Positions 38,100 to 47,523 are shown, numbered from the stretch's first letter. The stretch: DNA of 64,000 bases from Gemmatimonadaceae bacterium (GCA_040902005.1 JBBDYA010000114.1:1-64000), one strand, 5' to 3'. Numbers and translations: made by a program. The notes: generated by a model from the letters alone, not told the origin.

Positions 38100-39304
38100 C
38101 GCCGGATCCCGATGGTGTTGTAGATGTTCAGGATCGGGAGCATGATCGCGAGCGCCACCATCAGAATCACGCCGCCGAGGATGACGATCATCATCGGCTG
38201 GATCAGCGTGATCACGCGGCGCACCGCCGCCGGAATCTCTCTCGCGTAGTACAACTTCGCGCGCTCGAGCGACTGATCGAGCTGACCCGTGGATTCGCCG
38301 AGCGCGAGACTGCGCATGACCACGGTGGGCACGAGTGCGGATTTCGCGAAGGCGGTGGCCATCGTCTCGCCGCCAGCGATGGCGGCGCGCGCGTCTCGCA
38401 CCACCCGCCCGACCACGCGGTTCGTGGCCATCTGCTCCACCAGGAGCAGCGACTGCAACAGGTTCACTCCCGTGCGATAGAACAGACTCAGGTACGTGAC
38501 GACGCGCGCCATGTTGACCTCGAGCACGAACTGCCCAATCACCGGCAACTTGAGGATCAGCGCGTCCAGTGCATACCGCCCGCCCTCGCTGCGACGGATG
38601 GCGGCCAACGCGATGACCGTGGCGATGACGCCCAACAGCAGCATCAGCCAGTGATCCCGGACCATCACGGACGACCACATGATGATGCGCGTGGGAAGCG
38701 GAAGCTCGACCTGGCGCAACTGGAGGATGGGGATCAGCCGTGGAAAGGCGAAGCCGACGAGTCCGACGACGAGCAGCGAGATCGCGCCGAGCACGACGAT
38801 CGGGTACATCGTGGCCTGGCGGACGGACGACGTGATGGTCTCCTGCCAGTCGAGATACTCGACGAGCTGCTGGAGCGAGAAGGCCAGCTGTCCACTGGCC
38901 TCGCCCGCCTGGATCGTCGAGATGAAGAGCGGGGGAAATGCCTTCGGATGATCGGCCATCGCGTCGGACAGGCTCTTGCCCTCGTTCGCGACGGCATCGC
39001 GCACCTCGGTGACGATGATCTTGAGTCGCGGGGACTTGATCCGCTTCGGGATGTCGTCGAGGATCGAGAGGAGGGGAATGCCGGCAGTGAATGACCCGGC
39101 GAGGTACTCGAGGAAGGCGAGCAGCTCCTTGCGGTCCACCTTGCCGTCCGTCACGCGACGCGTTTGCGCGCGCACCCGCGTCTTGATCAGGAACGATCCC
39201 TTGAGGCGCAACTGCTCCTCGAGCTGGATCTCGCTGGGGGCGCTGATGATTCCCTCCTCGACGGTTCCGCTCCCGGTCAGCGCCTGATACCAGAAATCGG
39301 GCAC
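38096..39304 (-). CDS. pilC: Inner-membrane platform protein (PilC/GspF/MshG)
   Basis: AGIPLL, GKSLSDAM, AGEASGQL, YP, LGESTGQLD. Confidence 0.93.
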   Translation of the reverse strand: MPDFWYQALTGSGTVEEGIISAPSEIQLEEQLRLKGSFLIKTRVRAQTRRVTDGKVDRKELLAFLEYLAGSFTAGIPLLSILDDIPKRIKSPRLKIIVTEVRDAVANEGKSLSDAMADHPKAFPPLFISTIQAGEASGQLAFSLQQLVEYLDWQETITSSVRQATMYPIVVLGAISLLVVGLVGFAFPRLIPILQLRQVELPLPTRIIMWSSVMVRDHWLMLLLGVIATVIALAAIRRSEGGRYALDALILKLPVIGQFVLEVNMARVVTYLSLFYRTGVNLLQSLLLVEQMATNRVVGRVVRDARAAIAGGETMATAFAKSALVPTVVMRSLALGESTGQLDQSLERAKLYYAREIPAAVRRVITLIQPMMIVILGGVILMVALAIMLPILNIYNTIGIRR

Positions 39305-39317
39305 GCGGTCTCCGGCC

Positions 39318-41063
39318 TCAGGCGGTGACGCGCAGGATTTCGTCGAGCGTCGTCAACCCCGCCCGCACCTTGCGCAATCCGTCCTGGAGCAGCGTGGGGC
39401 GGCCGGAGTCCGCGTGGATCTGCTCCGGCGCGGTGCGCTCGTGAATCGCGGCCACGATGTCGGGTGACATGGGGAGCAGCTCGAGGATCGCGATGCGCCC
39501 GAGGTACCCCGTGTTGCGGCAGCGCGAGCAGCCGCGCGGGCCGAACAGCGTGACGTCGTCGAGGCCGAACCGCTTCCGGACGGCGCCGGGCATGTCCACC
39601 TTCGCCTTGCACTCGGCGCACAAGACGCGCACCAGGCGCTGGGACACGAGCATCGTCACCGCGGACGCGATCACGAAGGGCTCGGCACCCATGTCGAGCA
39701 GACGGGGAATCGTGCCCGCCGCCGTCGTGGTATGGAGCGTGGTGAGCACCAGGTGGCCCGTGAGCGCGGCGCTGAGCGCGATCTGCACCGTTTCATGGTC
39801 GCGCATTTCGCCGACCAGGATGATGTCGGGATCGTGTCGCAGGATGGAACGCAGTCCCGTGGCGAACGTCAGTCCCGCCCGCACGTTCACCTGCGACTGC
39901 CGGATCTGCGCCATCTCGTACTCGATGGGATCCTCGAGCGTGATGATCGCGCGGTCGCCGGTGTTGAGCTCGGCCAGCGCGGCATAGAGCGTCGTCGTTT
40001 TGCCGGAGCCGGTGGGTCCGGTGACGGGAATCAGGCCGTGCGGCCGCCGGAGGGCGTTGCGCAGCAGCAGCAGGTCGTCGGCCTCGATCCCGAGCTTCTC
40101 GAGCTGAAGGGGCACGCGCCCGCGGTCGAGGATACGCAGGACGATGTCCTCGCCGTGCAGCGTGGGGAACGTGGACACGCGCAGGTCCACGCTGTTGTTG
40201 CCGGCGCGGACGCGGACGCGACCGTCCTGCGGCAGGCGGGAGTCGGCGATGTCGAGGTTGCAAAGAATCTTCACGCGGCTGATGAGGGCCGATTGCGCCG
40301 CCTTGGGGAAGCTCTGTCCATCGGTGAGCAGCCCGTCGATGCGGTATCGGATGCGCAACTGATCGTCCACCGGCTCGATGTGGATGTCGGTGGCGCCCAT
40401 CTCGATGCCGCGCCGGATCACCTCGTCGATGACGCCGGCCGCGTTCTGCTCGTCGCCCGGGGCGGCGCGCGCGGCCGCGGGCGCCGGCCATCCCGCGCGC
40501 GGGGCGCCGCGCGCTCCGGCGGCTGCGTCCGAACCGCGCGCCAACTCGAGTCGCGGCGCCGACGACGTGGCTGGCGCGCCGGCGACCGGCAGGGAGACGC
40601 CGGCTCCAGCGCCGGCGGCTGCCATGCGCGCTGCGCCGGCATACGCGTGTTCGATGGCGCGAAGCACGACGCTGCGTTCGGCGCCGACCACCCGAATGGA
40701 ACGGCCCGCCGCGCGCGTCAGCGAGCGGATGCTCAGCAAGTCGAACGGGTCGGCCATGGCGAGCACGAGATGCCGGCTTTCGACCCTGGCGGGAACGACT
40801 GAGTGCTGGCGGGCGAGCTCGAGGGGGATGAGCGCGACGGCGGCGGCGTCCGGCTGGATCTCCGATTCGGTGACGAACGGGATCCCGGCGTCAGCGCAGA
40901 GCGTCTTGAGCAACGCGGTCTCGTCCAGGTAGCCGAGCGAGACAAGGGCCTGACCCAACTTCTGGCCGCTCGAGTTCTGGACGGCGAGCGCTTCGTCGAG
41001 CTGCTGCTTTGTCACGAGGCCGGCGTTGAGCAGCGTATCGCCGAGCCAACGCCTCACGGCCAT
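39318..41063 (-). CDS. pilB: Extension ATPase (PilB/GspE/MshE) with MshEN domain
   Basis: WLGDTLLNAGLV..QLDEALAVQ...KLGQALVSLGYL (MshEN); TDIHIEP, GPTGSGKTT, TLEDPIE, GEMRD, TGHLVLTTLH, CAEC/CSRC. Confidence 0.95.
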   Translation of the reverse strand: MAVRRWLGDTLLNAGLVTKQQLDEALAVQNSSGQKLGQALVSLGYLDETALLKTLCADAGIPFVTESEIQPDAAAVALIPLELARQHSVVPARVESRHLVLAMADPFDLLSIRSLTRAAGRSIRVVGAERSVVLRAIEHAYAGAARMAAAGAGAGVSLPVAGAPATSSAPRLELARGSDAAAGARGAPRAGWPAPAAARAAPGDEQNAAGVIDEVIRRGIEMGATDIHIEPVDDQLRIRYRIDGLLTDGQSFPKAAQSALISRVKILCNLDIADSRLPQDGRVRVRAGNNSVDLRVSTFPTLHGEDIVLRILDRGRVPLQLEKLGIEADDLLLLRNALRRPHGLIPVTGPTGSGKTTTLYAALAELNTGDRAIITLEDPIEYEMAQIRQSQVNVRAGLTFATGLRSILRHDPDIILVGEMRDHETVQIALSAALTGHLVLTTLHTTTAAGTIPRLLDMGAEPFVIASAVTMLVSQRLVRVLCAECKAKVDMPGAVRKRFGLDDVTLFGPRGCSRCRNTGYLGRIAILELLPMSPDIVAAIHERTAPEQIHADSGRPTLLQDGLRKVRAGLTTLDEILRVTA

Positions 41064-41162
41064 CAGGTGCCCTCGGTCAACGTGTCACTGGAAGGCCAAC
41101 CCGGCGGCGGAAGAGCGCCAGCGCCGGCAGGAGATCGACGCGCAAAGTTGGCTCCGGGCAAC

Positions 41163-41171
41163 AGTATAACA
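41163..41171 (-). promoter_or_regulatory. Extended -10 promoter of the pilus assembly operon
   Basis: TG-T-TATACT on the minus strand ~100 nt upstream of the ATPase start. Confidence 0.55.
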
Positions 41172-41192
41172 CATCCCGGCTCACCCACTGCC

Positions 41193-42272
41193 TCACGGTC
41201 TCCAGTCCGCGATGAACACGTCGGTTCCCCCCGGTGTGGGTGAGTTCCGGTTGGAGGCCCAGACCAGCCGAGTGCCGTCCGGGCTGAACATCGGGAAGCC
41301 GTCGAATTCTTCGTGCATCGTTACCTGCTCCAGCCCGGTGCCGTCGAGGTTCACGAGGAAGAGGTCGAAGTTGCGACTGCGTGGATTGCGGTAGTTCGAC
41401 GAGAAGATGATCTGGCGCCCGCCCGGCGCGAAAATCGGCGCGAAGTTGGCGCCGCCCAGGTTCGTGATCTGCCGCTGGTTGGACCCGTCGGCGTCCATGA
41501 TCCAGAGTTCCATGCGGCTGGGACGCACGAGCCCCCGGCGCAGCAGGTCCCGGTAGGACTCCAGTTCGGGACCGGTGGGGCGCATCGCGCGATACACGAT
41601 GTGCCTGCCGTCCGGAGAGAAGAACGCTCCGCCGTCGTAGCCGGGCGTGGTGGTCAGCCGGCGGACGTTGGTGCCGTCGAGGGCCATCGTGTAGATGTCG
41701 AGATCCCCGTCCTTGAGCGACGTGAACACGATGGTGCTGCCGTTCGGGGAGAGCGTGGCCTCCGCGGTATAGATGCCGTAGTTCGTGAGCCGGCGGCGGT
41801 CGGACCCATCGCGGTTGGCGGTATAGAGGTCGAATGAGTCCAGACGCCACACGTATCCACTGGACGCATCGGGACTCGGCGGGCAGGTGGTGTCCACGGC
41901 GTGGGTCGACGCATAGACGATCTTCTGGCCGCCGTCGAAGAAGTATCCGCACGTGGTCTTGCCGGTGCCGTCCGACACGCGGCGCAGGTCCGAACCGTCC
42001 ACTCGCATGACGTACTGTTGGTCGCAACTGCGTCCGTCCCGGCTGGACTGAAAGATCAGCCACTGACCATCGGGGCTGAAGTACGCTTCCGCGTTCTCGC
42101 CGCCGTAGGTGAGCTGTCGGATGTTGGCGAGGTGCGACTCGCCCGCGGCGGCGGCGACCATCCTGGGTGTGGCGGTGCCAGAGGCGGATCCCACCAGTGT
42201 GCGCGCGCACGCGCCTGACGTGAAAACCGCCGTCGCGCTGAGCGCGATGGCGGTGAATGCGAACCGTGTCAT
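41193..42272 (-). CDS. Exported TolB-like (PD40) beta-propeller protein
   Basis: Signal/lipobox-like N-terminus; repeated FSPDG, RQLT, DIYTM motifs. Confidence 0.88.
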   Translation of the reverse strand: MTRFAFTAIALSATAVFTSGACARTLVGSASGTATPRMVAAAAGESHLANIRQLTYGGENAEAYFSPDGQWLIFQSSRDGRSCDQQYVMRVDGSDLRRVSDGTGKTTCGYFFDGGQKIVYASTHAVDTTCPPSPDASSGYVWRLDSFDLYTANRDGSDRRRLTNYGIYTAEATLSPNGSTIVFTSLKDGDLDIYTMALDGTNVRRLTTTPGYDGGAFFSPDGRHIVYRAMRPTGPELESYRDLLRRGLVRPSRMELWIMDADGSNQRQITNLGGANFAPIFAPGGRQIIFSSNYRNPRSRNFDLFLVNLDGTGLEQVTMHEEFDGFPMFSPDGTRLVWASNRNSPTPGGTDVFIADWRP

Positions 42273-42346
42273 GCCCGAAATGTATCGCCCTCCGCGGTTC
42301 GCATCGACCGACCCGCGATAAAGAAGCAGCGCTGGTATCCCAGCGG

Positions 42347-43942
42347 TTACGGACGCCGCGCGGTGCTCGCCGCTGGCGCCGCCGCCTCGGCAAGGTTGAA
42401 GAGGTCGCGCTGCGTCTGGCCCCTGTTCATCATGTCGATCGCTTTCTGCAGCACGTTGTCATACCTGAGCTGACGTCGCGCCACGGCGGAATCGCCCATG
42501 GCATACCGGAACGCAAACCGCTCGATCTCCTTGTCGAGCCAGCGGCTTCCCCCTTCCCACTCCACCGAATCCACGACGAGGCCGCGAGCGACGGTGCGTC
42601 GGAAGAGTTCCGCGCGCCACGCCGCCTGGTTCTCGCCTTCCCGCGGCAGCCGCTTCGACAGCTCGAGCGCGTAGTCCTGAAGCGCGTTCGAGAACTCCTG
42701 CGCCTTGGGGGACAGCTTCCTGAGCAGCGTCTGTTCCGCGGTCGTGAGCGTGTCGCTCGGCACGATGACGTCTGGCGTGACGCCGCCGCCGCCATACACC
42801 ACGCGGCCGCCGTCCGACTTGAAGGCCGGCCGGTCCTTCTTGCTGGCGTCCGTCTCGAGCGAATCCGTGGCCGTGTCTTCCACGAACCGGCCGTCAACAT
42901 ACTTGCGTTCCCGCTGAATGGAGCGTCCGCTGGGGGTGAACCACTTGGCCGTGGTAAGCTTGAGCGCGTAGCCGCCGTCCAGGTTGAAGACGGACTGCAC
43001 GAGTCCCTTGCCGAACGTCGTCTGCCCCACGATCACGGCACGATCGTGATCCTGAAGGGCGCCGGCCACGATCTCACTGGCAGACGCCGAGCGACCATCC
43101 ACGAGCACGATGAGTGGCGTGGTGGGGAGCGCGGGTTGCGAGCGCGCCACGTATGACTGCGATTCGCCGCTGCGAGCGCGCACCGAAGCGATCTCGGAGC
43201 CTGCTGGCAGGAACAGGTTGCTGACCGTGAGCGACTGCTCGAGAATGCCACCTGGATTCTCGCGCAGGTCGATGATCACACCCTTGGCACCCCGCCGCGT
43301 CATGTCGCGGATGGCCTTTTCCAGTTCGGTCGCCGCGTTCTCGTTGAAGGTGTTGAGCGGAACGTACCCGACGGAGCCGAAGAGGATGCCGAATGGAACC
43401 GCCGGTACATGCACGATGGCGCGCGTGAACGTGATGTCCAGCGGCTGCGCGACGCCTGGGCGCGAGAACTTGACGCGGACCTTGGTGCCCGGCGTGCCGG
43501 TCAGGCTGTCGGCCGTGATCGCCGTCGTCCATCCGCGCGTGGAATGCGTGTCCACCTGGATGATGCGGTCACCCTCGCGAATCCCATTGCGCTCGGCGGG
43601 GGAATTGGGGAACACGCGCTCCACGACGATCATCTCGTCGCGTGGCAGAATCGACATGCCCAGTCCGCCGTAGCGGCCGCCGGTGCGAGAGGAAAACTGC
43701 TTCATCTGGCTGGGCGACAGCAGCTCGGTGTACGGGTCGTTCAGCTCGCGCACCAGACCGCGGGCGGCCTTCTCGTACATGGCGCCCTGCGGCAGCGTGT
43801 CAACGAAGCGCTCCGACACGAGCGAGAGCACCTGCTCCAGCAGCATCGGCCCTTCACGGACGGCACGCGACTGGAGGAGGAACCCGCCGGCGAGCAGCGG
43901 AAGAAGAATGACGCCTACGGCGGCGAGCCTGGGACGACGCAT
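42347..43942 (-). CDS. ctpA: S41 C-terminal processing peptidase
   Basis: DPYT, GGLG PDZ, DLRENPGG, SASASEIVAGALQD, TFGKG. Confidence 0.94.
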   Translation of the reverse strand: MRRPRLAAVGVILLPLLAGGFLLQSRAVREGPMLLEQVLSLVSERFVDTLPQGAMYEKAARGLVRELNDPYTELLSPSQMKQFSSRTGGRYGGLGMSILPRDEMIVVERVFPNSPAERNGIREGDRIIQVDTHSTRGWTTAITADSLTGTPGTKVRVKFSRPGVAQPLDITFTRAIVHVPAVPFGILFGSVGYVPLNTFNENAATELEKAIRDMTRRGAKGVIIDLRENPGGILEQSLTVSNLFLPAGSEIASVRARSGESQSYVARSQPALPTTPLIVLVDGRSASASEIVAGALQDHDRAVIVGQTTFGKGLVQSVFNLDGGYALKLTTAKWFTPSGRSIQRERKYVDGRFVEDTATDSLETDASKKDRPAFKSDGGRVVYGGGGVTPDVIVPSDTLTTAEQTLLRKLSPKAQEFSNALQDYALELSKRLPREGENQAAWRAELFRRTVARGLVVDSVEWEGGSRWLDKEIERFAFRYAMGDSAVARRQLRYDNVLQKAIDMMNRGQTQRDLFNLAEAAAPAASTARRP

Positions 43943-43951
43943 GTTGGGGGC

Positions 43952-44007
43952 CTGGGAACTAGGAACTAGGAACTAGGGGCTAGGAACTAGGAGCTAGAGG
44001 CTGGGAA
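43952..44007 (+). repeat. Eight tandem heptamer repeats (CTAGGAA consensus)
   Basis: CTGGGAA CTAGGAA CTAGGAA CTAGGGG CTAGGAA CTAGGAG CTAGAGG CTGGGAA. Confidence 0.9.
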
Positions 44008-44021
44008 CGCCACACATGATT

Positions 44022-44219
44022 CTACGCAGCCGGCGAGCGTTCGGTTGAGTTACCCTCCTCATCGGTAGCTCCCTGCCAGAGCGCGCGCCAGCTGATCCCG
44101 CGTCCCGAGCGAAACCGCTTTCGGGTGAGCTTCACCCCGGTCGGTGATATTGCGACGGTAAAGGGTTCGCCGTCGATTTCGATTTCCCGTCGAATTTCCT
44201 TCAGAAGCTTCGTTGCCAT
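44022..44219 (-). CDS. Small hypothetical protein
   Basis: 65 aa MATKLLKEIRREIEIDGEPFTVAISPTGVKLTRK...; AGGTG RBS-like site. Confidence 0.6.
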   Translation of the reverse strand: MATKLLKEIRREIEIDGEPFTVAISPTGVKLTRKRFRSGRGISWRALWQGATDEEGNSTERSPAA

Positions 44220-44276
44220 GTAAGTGATACACCTGCTGAACGAGACGGTTCAATGAGAAGCACGTATTGCGCCGTT

Positions 44277-45128
44277 TTACTCGGCTTTCGAGGCCAACAC
44301 GTACTCCGCATACCACTCCCGCCGGTGCTGCTTGAAGCCCGCGTCACGGACCAGACCGGCTTCCACGAGCATCACATGAGCCGGCTGTAACACGCGCTGG
44401 AGGTGGGAAGGGTACTTCTGCACCAGCGGAAGGATGTCCCGCAACCGCTCGAGTGAGACACGCCAACTGACGATTCCGTTTGCGCGAGCGATCTCGAGCA
44501 GGCGGTATAGCCGCCTCGCAACCGGGGACTGGAGGGCGAAATACCGGACGAGAGACAGAGTGACGACGTGCCGCGCGGCGATGTTCTCCCGCACCAGCGG
44601 ATGGAAGACGATCCGCGCAACGCCCGGTTCCGAGGCCGGCACCGCGGCAAAAAGGCCGAGCTGTTCGCGATCCAGCTGCCGCCGCCTCTCGATCGTGACG
44701 GAGGACAGCACGGTGAACTGGCCGGATGTCAGCGCGCCGGCGCTCGCCGAGTAGTAGGCATTGGATGACTCCAGCGTGGTGCGCTCCAGCCGCCCGAGCG
44801 CGGATCGGAGCTGGTCATAGGTGCGTCCGTCCACCCTGCGGTCTATGGAGCGCAGAAAGCTGTGAAGGGTGAACGTGATCACGCCGTCCTTGGGCTGCTC
44901 GGCTTCGTGAAAGCGGCGGCACAGCTCCACGTAGACGTCCTGGTCGAAGGTGCCGGGAAGCCGGTCGCCGGGCGCCGGAATCACCCGCCAGCGGCCGCCG
45001 CTGTCGTCCACATACGCGATGATCGCGTCCTCCGCGGAGTCGCTGAGCCGAAACAGGGGCAGCGCCTCCAGGGAGCGATCCAGAGCGACCAATCGGGTCG
45101 CGGCGCGACGGCGCACGGCGAGCGTCAT
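44277..45128 (-). CDS. Plasmid-type replication initiator (RepA/TrfA-like winged helix)
   Basis: LEALPLFRLS, LPGTFDQDVY, FTLHSFLR...GRTYDQLRSALGRL, YFALQSPVARRLYRLL; QLGLF clamp-type motif. Confidence 0.78.
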   Translation of the reverse strand: MTLAVRRRAATRLVALDRSLEALPLFRLSDSAEDAIIAYVDDSGGRWRVIPAPGDRLPGTFDQDVYVELCRRFHEAEQPKDGVITFTLHSFLRSIDRRVDGRTYDQLRSALGRLERTTLESSNAYYSASAGALTSGQFTVLSSVTIERRRQLDREQLGLFAAVPASEPGVARIVFHPLVRENIAARHVVTLSLVRYFALQSPVARRLYRLLEIARANGIVSWRVSLERLRDILPLVQKYPSHLQRVLQPAHVMLVEAGLVRDAGFKQHRREWYAEYVLASKAE

Positions 45129-45203
45129 GCTCAAAGCTACGCCGCAAGTCTCGAAGCGTAAGGCGCTTCATGTCCGTGGCGCAACGCCAAATATTACAAC
45201 ATG

Positions 45204-45902
45204 TTACGCCCGTAAACGGATTGTCTGGCCGGTAATCGCCTGGGCGCCAGGCGAGCACAGGAAGGCGACGGCGGATGCCACCTGAGCCCGCTCGATGTAT
45301 CGGACATCCTGACCCATGGCGGCGACGTTTGCGGCGGTCCGGATCGATCCCGGAGCGAGGGCATTGGCGCGGACGCCGGTCTGGCGTTCCTCGTCGGCGA
45401 CGGATCGCATCAGCGCGACCACGGCTGCCTTGGACGCCACATACCCGGAGATTCCTTTCGTGCCGGATCCCTCCAGTACCGTGTCGGACGCGAAGTACAC
45501 AATGGATCCGCTCGCCGAGCGCAGCATCGGGAGAAACGCGCGCGTGGTGAGGTAGGCTGTGGTCAGGTTGATCGCCAGCATGCGCTCGAGGGCGGCGAGG
45601 AGGCTCGCGTCCATCGGCCCGGACTTGCCAAACCCCCCGGCGAGGTTGACCAGCGCATCGAGACGGTCGCCGTGTTCGTCGCGGACGCGCCTGGCCAGGG
45701 TGGCGACCTGGCTTTCGCTCGACAGGTCGCACGCGTACCCGTGCGCGCGATGGCCCAGTGCGGTGATCTCGGCTGCCCGATCCATGGCGTTCTGTTCCGT
45801 TCGCGCCGCGAGGAGCACCACGTCTCCGCGTGCCGCCAGCGCGGACCCAACCGCTTCGCCCACCTGTCCCCTGGCGCCGATACCTGTGATCAGTGAGAGC
45901 AT
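45204..45902 (-). CDS. Short-chain dehydrogenase/reductase
   Basis: LITG..GQVG, VNLAGG, YVASK, ANALAPG, ITGQ. Confidence 0.9.
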   Translation of the reverse strand: MLSLITGIGARGQVGEAVGSALAARGDVVLLAARTEQNAMDRAAEITALGHRAHGYACDLSSESQVATLARRVRDEHGDRLDALVNLAGGFGKSGPMDASLLAALERMLAINLTTAYLTTRAFLPMLRSASGSIVYFASDTVLEGSGTKGISGYVASKAAVVALMRSVADEERQTGVRANALAPGSIRTAANVAAMGQDVRYIERAQVASAVAFLCSPGAQAITGQTIRLRA

Positions 45903-45917
45903 AGTCTTCTCAGAATT

Positions 45918-46118
45918 GGGTTCTTCACGGAATTTCGGGGAATAGGGGAAGAGGGAAGGGGGAAGTGGGAAACCACAACGGCGGGCAATGGGGACTGGAG
46001 CGGGAACGGTTTCAGTCACGGCGGTTCCCGCTCCCGGCCCCACTCCCACTTCCCGCCGTTGTGGTTTCCCACTTCCCCCTTCCCTCTTCCCTATTCCCCG
46101 AAACTCCCGGATGAACCC
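45918..46118. repeat. ~200-bp imperfect inverted repeat (REPIN/MITE-like)
   Basis: Arm 45933-45985 is the reverse complement of 46052-46103 apart from a 1-nt indel; arms built from GGGAANN heptamers. Confidence 0.85.
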
Positions 46119-46161
46119 AGTATTGATACTGGGTGGCACGCAATCGGCACAGCGCCCAGCC

Positions 46162-47463
46162 ATGATGTCCCGTCCGAAACGCCTGCTGGCCACGCTCGGC
46201 GTGGTGATTGCCTCCGTCCTCTCACTGGCGGGTCTGCTTTCGTTTACGCGCGGCACGCCGTTTCGGCATATGGCGTATGCCCCGGGCACGACGGCGCCTC
46301 AGGTGAGCGACTCGGCTTTCATATCGCTCATGTCCCTCTTTTCCGGCGTTCACCTGGTGCCCGGCAACCGTGTCGAGCAACTCCTGAACGGGGACGGCAC
46401 CTATCCCCGGCTGTGGGAGGACCTGAGAAGCGCGCGCACCTCGGTCGCGGTGCAGATGTACTTCTCCAAGCCCGGCGCCGTTGCGGATACGATGGCCGCG
46501 GTGCTCTCCGAGCGCGCGCGCGCAGGGGTGCGCGTTCTGCTGCTGCTGGACGCGTTCGGGTCGCAGTCTCTGCAGAAGGATTGGGCGGACGCGCTGACGG
46601 AGGCCGGGGTGGAGGTTCAACTGCTGCGCAAGCTGCGGTGGTATTCGGTGGACGATGCCACCGATCGCTCGCATGCACGCATCGTGGTCGTGGACGGTCG
46701 CATCGGGTACACAGGGGGGTTTGGCCTGGCGGATTACTGGTTGGGGGACGGGCGCACGAAGGAGCAGTGGCGCGAGACGAACGTGCGTTTCGAGGGTGCC
46801 GCCGTCATGGCGCTGCAGGCGGCGTTCGCGGCGGGCTGGGTGGAATCCACGGGCGAGCTTCTGGTGGACGAAATATTCTTTCCGCGTTCCACCTTTCGCG
46901 AACAGCCGGGCGCGATGACGGCCGGGCTCCTGTTCACGTCAACGACCACGGGAAGCACGGCGGCGGAGCGGTTCCTTGCCATGACCATCGCCGGCGCGCA
47001 TCGCACGCTGTACCTGGCCAACGCCTACTTCGTGCCCGACGATGACTTTCGCGACCTGATCGTTGCGGCGTCGCGCCGTGGCACCGACGTCCGGCTCCTC
47101 GTGCCTGGCCCCAACACCGATGTGCCGATCACGTGGTACGCCGGCCGGGCGCGTTACGAGGCACTAATGCGTGGCGGCGTGCGGGTCTACGAGTACCAGC
47201 CGTCCATGATGCACGCCAAGACGTTCGTTGCCGACGGCATCTGGGGCACCGTTGGCTCGCTGAACTTCGACAACCGGTCCCTGGCGTTCAACAACGAGAC
47301 GAACCTGGTGGTCTGGGATCGCGATTTTGGCGCGGTGCTGGACTCGACGTTCATGGAGGACCTTCGCTTCGCGCGCGAGATTCTCTTGCCCGAGTTTCTC
47401 AGGCGTCCCTGGACAGAGCGACTCGTCGAACTGGGCGCCACCGCGTTGTCCCGGCTGCTCTAG
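46162..47463 (+). CDS. cls: Cardiolipin synthase-like phospholipase D
   Basis: LLNGD, HARIVVVDG...GG, NAYFVP, HAKTFVADG..GSLNFDNRS..NNE. Confidence 0.9.
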   Translation: MMSRPKRLLATLGVVIASVLSLAGLLSFTRGTPFRHMAYAPGTTAPQVSDSAFISLMSLFSGVHLVPGNRVEQLLNGDGTYPRLWEDLRSARTSVAVQMYFSKPGAVADTMAAVLSERARAGVRVLLLLDAFGSQSLQKDWADALTEAGVEVQLLRKLRWYSVDDATDRSHARIVVVDGRIGYTGGFGLADYWLGDGRTKEQWRETNVRFEGAAVMALQAAFAAGWVESTGELLVDEIFFPRSTFREQPGAMTAGLLFTSTTTGSTAAERFLAMTIAGAHRTLYLANAYFVPDDDFRDLIVAASRRGTDVRLLVPGPNTDVPITWYAGRARYEALMRGGVRVYEYQPSMMHAKTFVADGIWGTVGSLNFDNRSLAFNNETNLVVWDRDFGAVLDSTFMEDLRFAREILLPEFLRRPWTERLVELGATALSRLL

Positions 47464-47523
47464 GAAGCTCTGAAAAACCGGGGGAGGGGCGAGGTGTTCC
47501 GGCCCCGGTTTTTCAGAGCTTCC
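47463..47523. repeat. Perfect 21-bp inverted repeat between convergent genes (MITE-end-like / bidirectional terminator)
   Basis: GGAAGCTCTGAAAAACCGGGG (47463-47483) and CCCCGGTTTTTCAGAGCTTCC (47503-47523). Confidence 0.8.

Noticed and set aside
44022..46118. Integrated plasmid or prophage around the rep gene
   Set aside because: No integrase, par, relaxase, phage genes, flanking direct repeats or compositional shift.
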